Below the pieces are notes generated by a model. It had not been told where the DNA came from. It made no database searches and saw nothing but the letters and a program-made list of their open reading frames with translations. Shown piece after piece: positions 39,357 to 50,985 of a DNA stretch of 64,000 nucleotides. The position numbers and the translations under genes were made by a program. The stretch is from Mobula hypostoma (lineage: Eukaryota). The stretch spans positions 89,034,001-89,098,000 of the forward strand of contig NC_086097.1 in NCBI RefSeq assembly GCF_963921235.1, read 5' to 3'. How positions within the stretch are numbered: the first letter of the stretch is position 1; each line of letters opens with the position of its first letter.

Positions 39357-40870
39357 TGTAGTTTCTAATCCAAGCCAGCTAGATGAACAGTGAAAAACTG
39401 AAACCACAGCACTGTGTTACTCTACAACCATGTGTTGGCAATTGATCAACCTATCACACTCTCACAGACCCACTATAGTACCATCCTAAATCCAATGACA
39501 AGATAATCGAAAAAAAATCAATATCCTCTCCCAAGCCAACCTTTACAGCAGGGAGGTACTAATTGGACATATTCCCGCAACAGATATTTTATTCTGAGTC
39601 TTGTCATGGAAAGAGATTAGCAGGTGGACAGACGAAAAGGCGGAACAATCTTAAAAATAAAATGCAGCATCATTCACACACACATGAGAATCACTGAACC
39701 CTGACTGAAGCAGCATCATTCATGATAAAACTGACAAACTTGAATCCAGGAACCGTGATCACACCAAAGCCATGGAAAATGTTAGAAGAAATGCCCTTCT
39801 CCCAAGTCACCTGCCTGTGCTACCAAGTACACCTGGCCGCCCATGACGAAATCTGCAGCTCCCACATCAGCATTGTCAAAACCAGGAAAACTGATGTGGA
39901 ATCAAGTCATTTTCATTCCCGACAGACCACCCAGGGAAAAGAATAAAAATTTGGCATTTTCCAGGTGTTCATATTGGGTTGGATTTTTGCCTCTCCATTG
40001 TATGCTGCAGCAGGTTCACTCATTCTTAGAGAACATCAATCCTTTGTGTCCACCAGTTTGTGCTGAGCTGCATGCTCTCAGAGATTTCCACCCCCCACAG
40101 GATCTCACAATTCAACAGAACAACTCTCCCTTCTCCTCTTACCTGTACAATACTCCCTCAGAAACATGCTTTTATGTACTCTGAAGGACACCTATTTGCA
40201 CAGGACCACTCCTACATCATATACCACAGTACCTTCACCTTCCCGCGGTCCCACGCCCAGGGAACCGTCCTTGTTGATTCCCATAGGCACCACAATGCAC
40301 CTTTCCATTGCTGTATATTCACTGTCATCATTCCACAGAGACCAGCCAGCCATCTCCTGAACGTCCTTCATGCTTTCCCTACTCCTGCAGAGCCCATTGA
40401 CATTCTCACAGTTAGATACCCACCATCACAGTCTGCATTTCTCGTACCACCATAGACAAAATCAGATGCCCTTCAGACAGCCTCAGGTACACAAACACAG
40501 CACTTTCTGTAAGGGCACAACTCAATGGTGAATTTCCCTGACAAATTCAGTAATCACAATAAAGCTCAATCCACTGCAAATTCACATCTCGGTTTTAGTT
40601 TTGCAGATTAATTTCTACTCTTTGATTCAATTTCCCTTCACACTTCTTTCACAGAAGCACAAGTAAAATGTTAGGAGCTCACAAGTTAGTTCGTGCCTTC
40701 AGCTATTGCAGCCCTGCTGCAGAGAGAACGTGGAGCTTTATTCTCCACGGTCTTGGACAGAGAGTATTAACCACAGCAGGAGTTAATAATAAACAGGCAG
40801 GAGCCTTTTAGAATCGACAGGCAGGCCCAGCCTGAGCCAAGGTGAAGGACTAATCATGCTGAGCACTCAC

Positions 40871-41050
40871 CTCACATCCATACAGCTGATGGAGCTGAAA
40901 GTCCAGCCATTCCTCGATGTCCAGTCTCCTCTGTAGATCTTTCCTGTCATATCGGACCGTGAACTTGCCCAATTTCCTCTGTGACTGAGGCTCTTCTTCC
41001 TTACTCGGGGACTGGAAGTAGACCCGGGGCTGCGTGCTGGGCTCCGCCAT
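40871..41050 (-). CDS. PPP1R14: Coding exon 1 of a protein phosphatase 1 regulatory inhibitor subunit 14 family gene (paralogue uncertain)
   Basis: 60 codons, MAEPSTQPRVYFQSPSKEEEPQSQRKLGKFTVRYDRKDLQRRLDIEEWLDFQLHQLYGCE. RVYF PP1-docking motif and conserved phospho-Thr motif (K-x-T-V-[KR]-Y-D-R). Good Kozak context (gacgATGG). Phase-0 donor GAG|GTGAGT at the family's exon-1 end. Confidence 0.93.
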
Positions 41051-41260
41051 CGTCAGAGTGACCTGTCTTGACTGAGCAGCGCAAGAAAACACTTGCCGGT
41101 TTCAACAGCAGGAGCCCTGTGCCTGCGTGTGAAATAGAGAGGAGTGCAAACCGTCACTCCTCTTCCCCTCCCCCTTCTCTCCACCGGCAGATGGGAGACA
41201 CCAGCACACAAACAGGGTCTGTGTGACAATCTGGATACACAATACTCTTGGAAAACAAAG
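41051..41260 (-). promoter_or_regulatory. Putative 5' UTR / proximal promoter of the PPP1R14 gene
   Basis: Non-repetitive and relatively CpG-retaining, with a purine-rich G tract (ggagagaagggggaggggaagagg on minus), directly upstream of the ATG. The TSS cannot be determined from sequence. Confidence 0.45.
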
Positions 41261-42981
41261 GCAGAGCGCTGCTAGCTTCAATGATTATTGTGAAAATAAA
41301 ACTATACAGATTAAAATAATCTGGTTGATGGTTGCTACGTGATAGACTGATTCATCGAGCTAATCAGGCAGTAAAACAATCAGCAGTTTGAACGACAGCC
41401 TCATTTTAGGAATCACCTCCATAAATGTCTCCCTCTCTCCACCTTATTCTCCCTTTATGCCCTTTAAAATCGACTTTGTATTTTATTGTCCTCATACCCC
41501 TGATTTTGGGAGAGAGTTAAATTTCATTAGCTCTTTCAGCTTTCAATCATCTTACAGTGTTAAAAGAATAATATGAATGTAGGTCATTGTTACTACTGTC
41601 ATGAGGCTGTGCAACAAAATACAATATTTAAGTTGTAGCTCTAAGATGGGAAATATCCCATTTTTTCCATATTTACTATAACATCAGTATAAATAGAATT
41701 ACGTTAGAATAATGATATTTCAAACATCAGAAAACCACAGATTCTTAACCTGATTGGCTTGGCTCCTTAGAGGAAAGAATAAAAGAAAAGTTCTTCCTAT
41801 TAGTCAACCTGTCCTGATGATAAAACTCCCCCCTACTCCTGATGGGAACTCTTTTTAAAAGGAGGACATTGACATAAAAGACTAAATCTCTTTCTCGATG
41901 TTACTAGGCTTGGTAAGAAGCTCCAGCATTTTCCATTTATATCTCCAGTTGAAGGGAGCTCCTCCTACTGATCAGAGTGCTCCCAATTGAAGAGAGGGCT
42001 TTTTATTTGTGAAGAAAATTTCTATTGGTGAAGACAGATCCGCTCGTGGAGATCTCCAGTGGAGAGAATTCCTCGTATGGCAGAGATTGGTGAAGAAAGA
42101 TCCTGCTATTGATGGAGAGCTCCAATCAGTGAAGAAATTTCCTCATAATGAAGAGAGTTCCCTCTGTTGGAGAAGAGTACTATTGCTGGTGAAGAATGTC
42201 TGCTGACGATGAAAAGCTTCAATGAGCAAAGAAAACTTCTCCAATGGTAGACAGTGACCTCAGATCTTTGATTGGAGTCCTTCCTTGTGAAGCCTATCAG
42301 TACAGGGTGCATCTCAGTACAACTTCCTTTTGTTATGTATAGGGATTAGGAGCAGTAGTAGGTCATCTGACCACTGAAGCCAGCTTCACCATTTAATGCA
42401 ATCTTGACTAATTTATTTGCAGCCTCAGATCACATTCCCATCTAGTCATTATAACTTTTCATCTCCTTTGCTTATCAAATATTTACCTTTGCCTTAAAAG
42501 TATTCAAAGACTCTTTAGCTGCTTCCTTAAGTTGCAAAGATTCACAGCTCTCTGAGAAAGAAGATTTTCATCTTATTTCATTCTTAAATAGTTCTATACT
42601 CTCTCACAAGGGAAAAACATCCTCTTCACATCCACACAATTATGAATACTCAGGATTTTATATGTTTCCATAAGACATAGGGGAATAATTAGGCCATTTA
42701 GCCCATCGAGTCTGATCCACTTCAATCAGGTCTTGCTCACTTCTTTAAAATTCAGCAAATGTAGCCCAGGCATCATCACAGGCAAGCTACTCATTGCAGG
42801 TATGGGTACATAAAATATTTCTGAACTCTTTCCAATGTAATAACATTACTCTTTATACAAGAGAATAGAACAGAGAACATCAGATAAGGTCTCATTTTCC
42901 TACATTATATTCCACCTACCACATCTTTGCCCATTCATTAAATTACCCGTATACCTTTGGAGCCCTGTAAATCCTTTATAG

Positions 42982-45810
42982 GCAAACAACAGGAATTCTG
43001 CAGATGCTGGAAATTCAAGCAACACACATAAAAGTTGCTGGTGAACGCAGCAGGCCAGGCAGCATCTATAGGAAGAGGCGCAGTCGACGTTTCAGGCCGA
43101 GACCCTTCGTCAGGACTAACTGAAGGAAGAGTGAGTAAGGGATTTGAAAGTTGGAGGGGGAGGGGGAGATCCAAAATGATAGGAGAAGACAGGAGGGGGA
43201 GGGATGGAGCCAAGAGCTGGACAGGTGATAGGCAAAAGGGGATACGAGAGGATCATGGGACAGGAGGTCCGGGAAGAAAGACAAGGGGGGGGATCCAGAG
43301 GATGGGCAAGGGGTATATTCAGAGGGACAGAGGGAGAAAAAAGAGAGTGAGAGAAAGAATGTGTGTATAAAAATAAGTAACAGATGGGGTACGAGGGGGA
43401 GGTGGGGCATTAGTGGAAGTTAGAGAAGTCGATGTTCATGCCATCAGGTTGGAGGCTACCCAGACGGAATATAAGGTGTTGTTCCTCCAACCTGAGTGTG
43501 GCTTCATCTTTACAGTAGAAGAGGCCGTGGATAGATATGTCAGAATGGGAATGGGATGTGGAATTAAAATGTTGCCACTGGGAGATCCTGCTTTCTCTGG
43601 CGGACAGAGCGTAGGTGTTCAGCAAAGCGGTCTCCCAATCTGCGTTGGGTCTCGCCAATATATAAAAGGCCACATCAGGAGCACCGGATGCAGTATATCA
43701 CCCCAGCCGACTCACAGGTGAAGTGTTGCCTCACCTGGAAGGACTGTTTGGGGCCCTGAATGGTGGTAAGGGAGGAAGTGTAAGGGCATGTGTAGCACTT
43801 GTTCCGCTTACATGGATAAGTGCCAGGAGGGAGATCAGTGGGGAGGGATGGGGGGGACGAATGGACAAGGGAGTTGCGTAGGGAGCGATCCCTGCGGAAT
43901 GCAGGGGGGGGAGGGAAAGATGTGCTTAGTGGTGGGATCCCGTTGGAGGTGGTGGAAGTTACGGAGAATAATATGTTGGACCCCGAGGCTGGTGGGGTGG
44001 TAGGTGAGGACCAGGGGAACCCTATTCCTAGTGGGGTGGCGGGAGGATGGAGTGAGAGCAGATGTACGTGAAATGGGGAGATGCGTTTAAGAGCAGAGTT
44101 GATAGTGGAGGAAGGGAAGCCCCTTTCTTTAAAAAAGGAAGACATCTCCCTCGTCCTAGAATGAAAAGCCTCATCCTGAGAGCAGATGCGGCGGAGACGG
44201 AGGAATTGCGAGAAGGGGATGGCGTTTTTCCAAGAGACAGGGTGAGAAGAGGAATAGTCCAGATAGCTGTGAGAGTCAGTAGGCTTATAGTAGACATCAG
44301 TGGATAAGCTGTCTCCAGAGACAGAGACAGAAAGATCTAAAAAGGGGAGGTGTCGGAAATGGACCAGGTAAACTTGAGGGCAGGGTGAAAGTTGGAGGCA
44401 AAGTTAATAAAGTCAACGAGCTCTGCATGTGTGCAGGAAGCAGCGCCAATGCAGTCGTCGATGTAGCAAAGGAAAAGTGGGGGACAGTTACCAGAATAGG
44501 CACGGAACATAGATTGTTCCACAAAGCCAACAAAAAGGCAGGCATAGCTAGGACCCATACGGGTGCCCATAGCTACACCTTTAGTTTGGAGGAAGTGGGA
44601 GGAGCCAAAGGAGAAATTATTAAGAGTAAGGACTAATTCCGCTAGACGGAGCAGAGTGGTGGTAGAGTGGAACTGACTAGGTCTGGAATCCAAAAAGAAG
44701 TGGAGAGCTTTGAGACCTTCCTGATGGGGGATGGAAGTATATAGGGACTGGACATCCATGGTGAAAATAAAGTGGTGGGGGCCAGGGAACTTAAAATCAT
44801 CGAAAAGTTTAAGAGCGTGAGAAGTGTCACGAACGTAGGTAGGAAGGGATTGAACAAGGGGGGATAAAACCGTGTCGAGGTATGCAGAAATGAGTTTGGT
44901 GGGGCAGGAGCAAGCTGAGACAATAGGTCGGCCAGGACAGGCGGGTTTGTGGATCTTGGGTAGGAGGTAGAAACTGGAAGTGCGAGGTGTGTGAACTATA
45001 AGGTTGGTAGCAGTGGATGGGAGATCCCCTGAGCAGATAAAGTCGGTGATGATGTGGGAGACAATGGCCTGGTGCTCCTTAGTGGGGTCACGATCGAGGG
45101 GTAAGTAAGAGGAGGTATCCGCGAGTTGTCGCTGTGCCTCTGCAAGGTAGAGGTCAGTACACCAGACTACAACAGCACCCCCCTTATCAGCGGGTTTAAT
45201 AATAAGGTTAGGATTAGTGTGGAGGGAGTGGAGAGCAGAGCATTCCGAAGGAGTGAGGTTGGAATGGGGACAAGGTGCGGTGAAGTCGAGACGGTTGATG
45301 TCCCGTTGGCAGTTAGCGATAAAGAGATCCAGAGCAGGCAGAAGACCAGAGCGGGGCTGTCCATGAAGAAGAGGAGGGTTGAAGACGGGAAAAGGGGTCA
45401 TCGGTGGGGGTGGAAGAGTCCTTGCCGAAGAAGTAGGCTCAGAGACGGAGACGGCGGAAGAAAAGTTCCGCATCATGGTGAACACGGAACTCGCTGAGGT
45501 GTGGGCGAAGGGGGACAAAGATGAGGCCCTTACTCAGGACAGAGCGCTCTGCCTCCAACAGTTGAAGGTCGGAGGGGATGGTAAAGACCCAGCACGGATG
45601 AGAGCTGGGATCAGAGGGGGGAGGGGGGAGGCTGGGGGTGTCAATGGAGAGGGGAGGGTTGGGGTGAGAGGAATATGGAGCCTCTGAGGACCCAGGAGCT
45701 GATGATGGGATCTGAAGGAGATGGGATTGCAGAGTATTGGTGGGGGAAGGGGAGACGGGAGTCACAACAGCAGCACATAAAGACCCGGCCTGGAGTTCAA
45801 GGCTGGAATC
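42982..45810 (-). mobile_element. Penelope-like element, left arm (RT plus GIY-YIG, frameshifted)
   Basis: ORF 44337-45518 IIKPADKGGAVVV...YLLPKIHK...GRPIVS...MDVQSLYTSIP...GVAMGTRMGPSYA...YIDD. GIY-YIG region in broken frames at 43410-44145. pLTR at 42982-43410. Confidence 0.95.
43082..43117 (-). ncRNA. Minimal type I hammerhead ribozyme motif (intact core)
   Basis: Minus strand reads agtc CTGACGA agggtctcggcct GAAA cgtc gact. Stem II agg/cct, GUC triplet, predicted cut between 43086 and 43085. Confidence 0.78.
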
Positions 45811-45838
45811 TTGAGAGCTGGGATCAGAGGGGGGAGGG

Positions 45839-47669
45839 GGCACAGCGACAACTAGCGGATACCTCCTCTTATTTATCCCTCGATCGTGACCCCACTAAGG
45901 AGCACCAGGCCATTGTCTCCCACACCATCACCGACTTTATCCGCTCAGGGGATCTCTCATCCACTGCTACCAACCTTATAGTTCCCACACCCCGCACTTC
46001 CCGTTTCTACCTCCTACCCAAGATCCACAAACCTGCCTGTCCTGACCGACCTATTGTCTCAGCTTGCTCCTGCCCCACCGAACTCGTTTCTGCATACCTC
46101 AACACGGTTTCATCCCCCCTTGTTCAATCCCTTCCTACCTATGTTCGTGACACTTCTCACGCTCTTAAACTTTTCGATGATTTTACGTTCCCTGGCCCCC
46201 ACCACTTTATTTTCACCATGATTGACTTTATTAACTTTGCCTCCAACTTTCACCCTGCCCTCAAGTTTACCTGGTCCATTTCCGACACCTCCCTCCCCTT
46301 TCTAGATCTTTCTGTCTCTGTCTCTGGAGACAGCTTATCCACTGATGTCTACTATAAGCCTACTGACTCTCACAGCTATCTGGACTATTCCTCTTCTCAC
46401 CCTGTCTCTTGGAAAAACGCCATCCCCTTCTCGCAATTCCTCCGTCTCCGCCGCATCTGCTCTCAGGATGAGGCTTTTCATTCTAGGACGAGGGAGATGT
46501 CTTCCTTTTTTAAAGAAAGGGGCTTCCCTTCCTCCACTATCAACTCTGCTCTTAATTGCATCTCTCCCATTTCACGTACATCTGCTCTCACTCCATCCTC
46601 CCGCCACCCCACTAGGAATAGGGTTCCCCTGGTCCTCACCTACCACCCCACCAGCCTCGGGGTCCAACATATTATTCTCCGTAACTTCCGCCACCTCCAA
46701 TGGGATCCCACCACTAAGCACATCTTTCCCTCCCCCCGTCTCTCTGCATTCCGCAGGGATCGCTCCCTACGCAACTCCCTTGTCCATTCGTCTCCCCCAT
46801 CCCTCCCCACTGATCTCCCTCCTGGCACTTATCCGTGTAAGCGGAACAAGTGCTACACATGCCCTTACACTTCCTCCCTTACCACCATTCAGGGCCCCAA
46901 ACAGTCCTTCCAGGTGAGGCAACACTTCACCTGTGAGTCGGCTGGGGTGATATACTGCGGCCGGTGCTCCCGATGTGGCCTTTTATATATTGGCGAGACC
47001 CGACGCAGTCTGGGAGACCGCTTTGCTGAACACCTACACTCTGTCCGCCAGAGAAAGCAGGATCTCCCAGTGGCCACACATTTTAATTCCACATCCCATT
47101 CCCATTCTGACATGTCTATCCACGGCCTCCTCTACTGTAAAGATGAAGCCACACTCAGGTTGGAGGAACAACACCTTATATTCTGTCTGGGTAGCCTCCA
47201 ACCTGATGGCATGAACATCGACTTCTCTAACTTCCACTAATGCCCCACCTCCCCCTCGTACCCCATCTGTTACTTATTTTTATACACACATTCTTTCTCT
47301 CACTCTCTTTTTTCTCCCTCTGTCCCTCTGAATATACCCCTTGCCCATCCTCTGGGTCCCCCCCCCTTGTCTTTCTTCCCGGACCTCCTGTCCCATGATC
47401 CTCTCGTATCCCTTTTGCCTATCACCTGTTCAGCTCTTGGCTCTATCCCTCCCCATCCTGTCTTCTCCTATCATTTTGGATCTCCCCCTCCCCCTCCAAC
47501 TTTCAAATCCCTTACTCACTCTTCCTTCAGTTAGTCCTGACGAAGGGTCTCGCCCTGAAACGTGGACTGCACCTCTTCCTAGAAATGTTGCCTGGCCTGC
47601 TGCGTTCACCAGCAACTTTTATGTGTGTTGCTTGAATTTCCAGCATCTGCAGAATTCCTGTTGTTTGCG
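45839..47669 (+). mobile_element. Penelope-like element, right arm (RT core deleted in frame, GIY-YIG open)
   Basis: Inverted copy of 42982-45138. The ORF is open to 47240 and includes GVIYCGRCSRCGLLYIGETRRSLGDRFAEH...RLEEQHLI...GMN. A 339-nt deletion sits at about 46220. Confidence 0.95.
47533..47568 (+). ncRNA. Hammerhead motif with mutated cleavage triplet (GUG)
   Basis: agtc CTGACGA agggtctcgccct GAAA cgtg gact. N17 is G, which breaks the NUH rule. Confidence 0.6.
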
Positions 47670-48589
47670 ATAATAAATCTGATTCTCATTCTCATTTCCA
47701 GAACTCACCAACAAGCTCCAAGACCTCAGTTGGCTGGCAGTGTGAGGGATACTTCCTATCGGACCTTTCCTGCAGGGTCAGAGCCTCACTCCCAATGCAT
47801 ACTGTCCGTGAGATGGTTGCAAAGAGGGCCACAACTATTGTGTGCTTGGAAAGAAGACTGGGGGAACACCACAAGACTATAAGATATTGGAGCAGAAATA
47901 GGCCACTTAGCACATCAAGTCTGCTCGACCACTCAGTCACAGCTGATTTTTTTCTCAACCCCATTCTCCTGCCTTCTCCCCATAACCCTTAACCCTTTAT
48001 CAATCAAGAGCCTATCAATCTTTATCAGACTTAGCCTCCACCGCCCTCAATGGCAATAAATTTCCTGGATTCACCACCCTTTTGCTGAAGAAGGATGCAC
48101 TGGTCCTTGTCAATGTTCATACTAAGTGGTTAGGTAATATAGGGCTCTCAGATCTATGGGATGTTCCCAGGTACATACACTTGACTGCAGACTACACATG
48201 TATTACCACAGGACACTGAGGGGCTGGGTCTTGTGTAGAGGTCCTGCAAACACTCAAAGGTGTAAAGGCAGTCCCCAGGTTACAACAGGGTCCTGTCCTT
48301 AGAAGTGTGTATAACCTAAATTTTGTAAATTGGAATTAACTAAAAGTGTGTGGCAGGGAACCACAGAAACAGATTGGAGAGCAAGCAGGCTCAGAAAGAG
48401 CAAAGGCCAGTTGACCTCAAAGACTAGGTGAGTGAGTGAGTCTGCTCAGTGACCCCAGCTCTGCTCAGCTCAACCCGGACCCTGACTGAGGTGGCTTCGG
48501 TGGGGTATATGGTGTGAAATGTCCTGTTCCCACCAGGCAGGAGATGATCTGCATCATTCCCACCGGTCTCCCAAATGCTCATGGCATAT

Positions 48590-48975
48590 ACAGTATTGTG
48601 CAAAAGTCTTAGCTATATATATATATATGTGCGCGTGTGTGATTAAGACGTTTGCACAGAAATATACAGACTGAAATAAGTTGGGTTTTGTAACATGGGC
48701 AGGACAGATTTTATTGAAAGAGATGGCTGAGCGGTATTGGTACTTTGTAGATAGCATGTATTATTTTGATAACACTGCAAATGTAAAGAAAGAAAGGCAC
48801 TGATTTGAAGATGAAGGAGTCTGCCGACACTGTAATCTGGAGTTTAAAACAAGCGGTTGGAGGAACACTGTGGATCAGGCAATACAGTACTGTGCAAAAG
48901 TCCTTAGGGATCCCAGTTTATATATATATATATATATACATATATGTGTGCCTAAGACTTTTGCACATAATTATA
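48590..48975. mobile_element. Two tiny Tc1-like MITEs with (TA)n centres (about 48590-48660 and 48883-48973)
   Basis: TIRs cagta(t/c)tgtgcaaaagtc / gac(g/t)tttgcaca, preceded by TA. The second interrupts a PLE pLTR fragment. Confidence 0.6.
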
Positions 48976-49761
48976 TCTATGGAGGCAGAGGGCTGGTCAA
49001 CATTTAGAGGTTGAAACCCTGCATCAGTACTGCACTGACTTGTATTTCCTTCAAATTATGTTTTACATTAGCAAACCTTATCTTGTTGGCAAAATAAGCA
49101 ATTATCCCTGGTGAGAAGAACGCCTTCAATTGTTGAAGAAAGCATTACTGATTGGGGAGCATATCATGTTTTGAGCAGTGTTGGCTGGAAAATAAATGTG
49201 GATTTATTACACTAGGGATATCTCTCAAAGTAATGTCCTCCACTTGAGAAGGACTCAGATAATGTTGCCATTCATAAGCATTCATCCACTAACCTTGTGA
49301 ATGCTAAGGTTCAGCATGTCACTGAATGCTCTTTTATAGATGTACATTCGAGATTCCTCGACTGGTTGCATCATGGTCTGGTATAGCATTTCAAATGAGC
49401 AGGAATGTAAGAAGCCGCAAAGGATCGTGGACTCTGCTCAATATACCACAGGTACATCACTCCCCACTATTGGTGGTATCTACATAAGGTGCTACCTCTA
49501 AGAGGCAACATCCATCATCAATCACCCCTACCATGGAGGCCACTCCATCTTGTCACAGCTACCACCAGCTGAAAGTACCTTGTCCTACACCACGAAGTTC
49601 AAGAAGATCTACTTCCCTTCCACCATTTGCTTCTTGAACCAACCAACACAACCCTAATCACTACCCCAGTATAGCAACACTATGACATTTTGATCACTTG
49701 GCACTTCAATGGACTTTTTGCTTTTTGTTCTGTTTGTGTTATTTCTTGGAAAAATAACATA

Positions 49762-50305
49762 CACTCAGTGGCCACTTTATTAGGTACCTCCTCTACCAAA
49801 TAAAATAGCCACTGAGTGTATGGTTGTGGTCTTCGTTTGCTGTAGCCCAATCACTTCAATGGGCAGAAATTCTCCTCTGTACACCATTATTGTAACACAT
49901 GAGTTATTGTCACCTTCCTGTCAGCTTGAACCAGCCTGACCATTCTCCTTTGACCTCTCTCACTAACAGGACATTTTTTGCCCACAGAGCTGCTGCTCAC
50001 TGGAAGTTCTTTATGTTTTTTGCACTATTCTCTATAATCTTTAGAAACTGTTGTGCAAGAAAATCCCAGGAATCAGCAGTTTCTGAGATACTCAAACCAC
50101 CCAATCTGACACCAACAATCATTCCATGGTCAAAGTCATTTGAATCATATTTCTTCACCATTCTGATGTTTGGTCTGAACAACTGGACCTCTTGACCATA
50201 TCTGCATGCTTTTATGCATTGAGTTGCTGCCATGTGATTGACTAAATTGTTATCTGTATTACTGAGCAGGTGTTCAGATGTACCTAATAAAATAGCCACT
50301 GAGTG
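49762..50305. mobile_element. Tc1/mariner-derived non-autonomous element
   Basis: TA-cactcagtggccactttattaggtac ... gtacctaataaaatagccactgagtg, with an extra internal TIR copy near 49795-49820. DFDHGMIVGVRLGGLSISETAD remnant on minus. Confidence 0.8.
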
Positions 50306-50644
50306 TGTAAATTATTTTTAAGTTATGTTTTTTTTCTTTTGATGGTGCTGCAAGTAAGTTTCTCATTGCACCTGTGCATACATGTAATTGTGTACATGGC
50401 AATAAACTCGACTCGGACTTTGGGTCTTTCCTTTTTTGACCATTGTAGCATTGGTTTACTTGGTAATCGAATCAGCAAGATTGGCAGTCAGAACTATTAG
50501 AGCCATGGCATGGGTACTTCTGCCAAGCACCAAAATGGAGCCTAGATTTTGGGGTTAAGTCTGGAGTTAGTTTGCATTGGGATGCTCGCACGTTGTATTC
50601 TGACTTAGAGGTGAGAGCATTTTCTTTATCTCTTTGCTCTTAGA

Positions 50645-50985
50645 GTGGGTGCAACAGTGGCACAGCAGGTAGGGTTGCTGCCTCTCTGTACCAGAAATCT
50701 GCATTCAGCTCAGTGGAGTTTACACGTTCTCCCTCTGACTCTGACTGTGTGGCTTTCCTCGAGTAGCTCCTATTTCCTCGCACGTCCCAATGACATATGG
50801 GGGGGGGGGTAGGATGTTTGTCCATTGTAAAATGCCCCTTGGTTCGAAGATAAGTGTTGGAATCTTGGGGGAGTCATTGAGAAAAAGTGAGTTACAATAG
50901 AATTAGTGTAAAAAATGGGTGTTGGATTGTTGGCACTGACTTTGTGAGCTGAAGGGCATGCTTTTGTGCCATAACTCTCTTTAAA
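50645..50985 (+). mobile_element. V-SINE
   Basis: A-box-like tggcacagcagg head, V core (gtggagtttacacgttctccc...gtgtggctttcctcgagtagctcc) and CR1-type tail. Confidence 0.65.

Noticed and set aside
40850..41092. 80-aa ORF as a complete single-exon gene starting at 41092
   Set aside because: The upstream start is non-ATG, the ATG at 41050 has a Kozak context, and homology ends at the GTGAGT donor at 40870.
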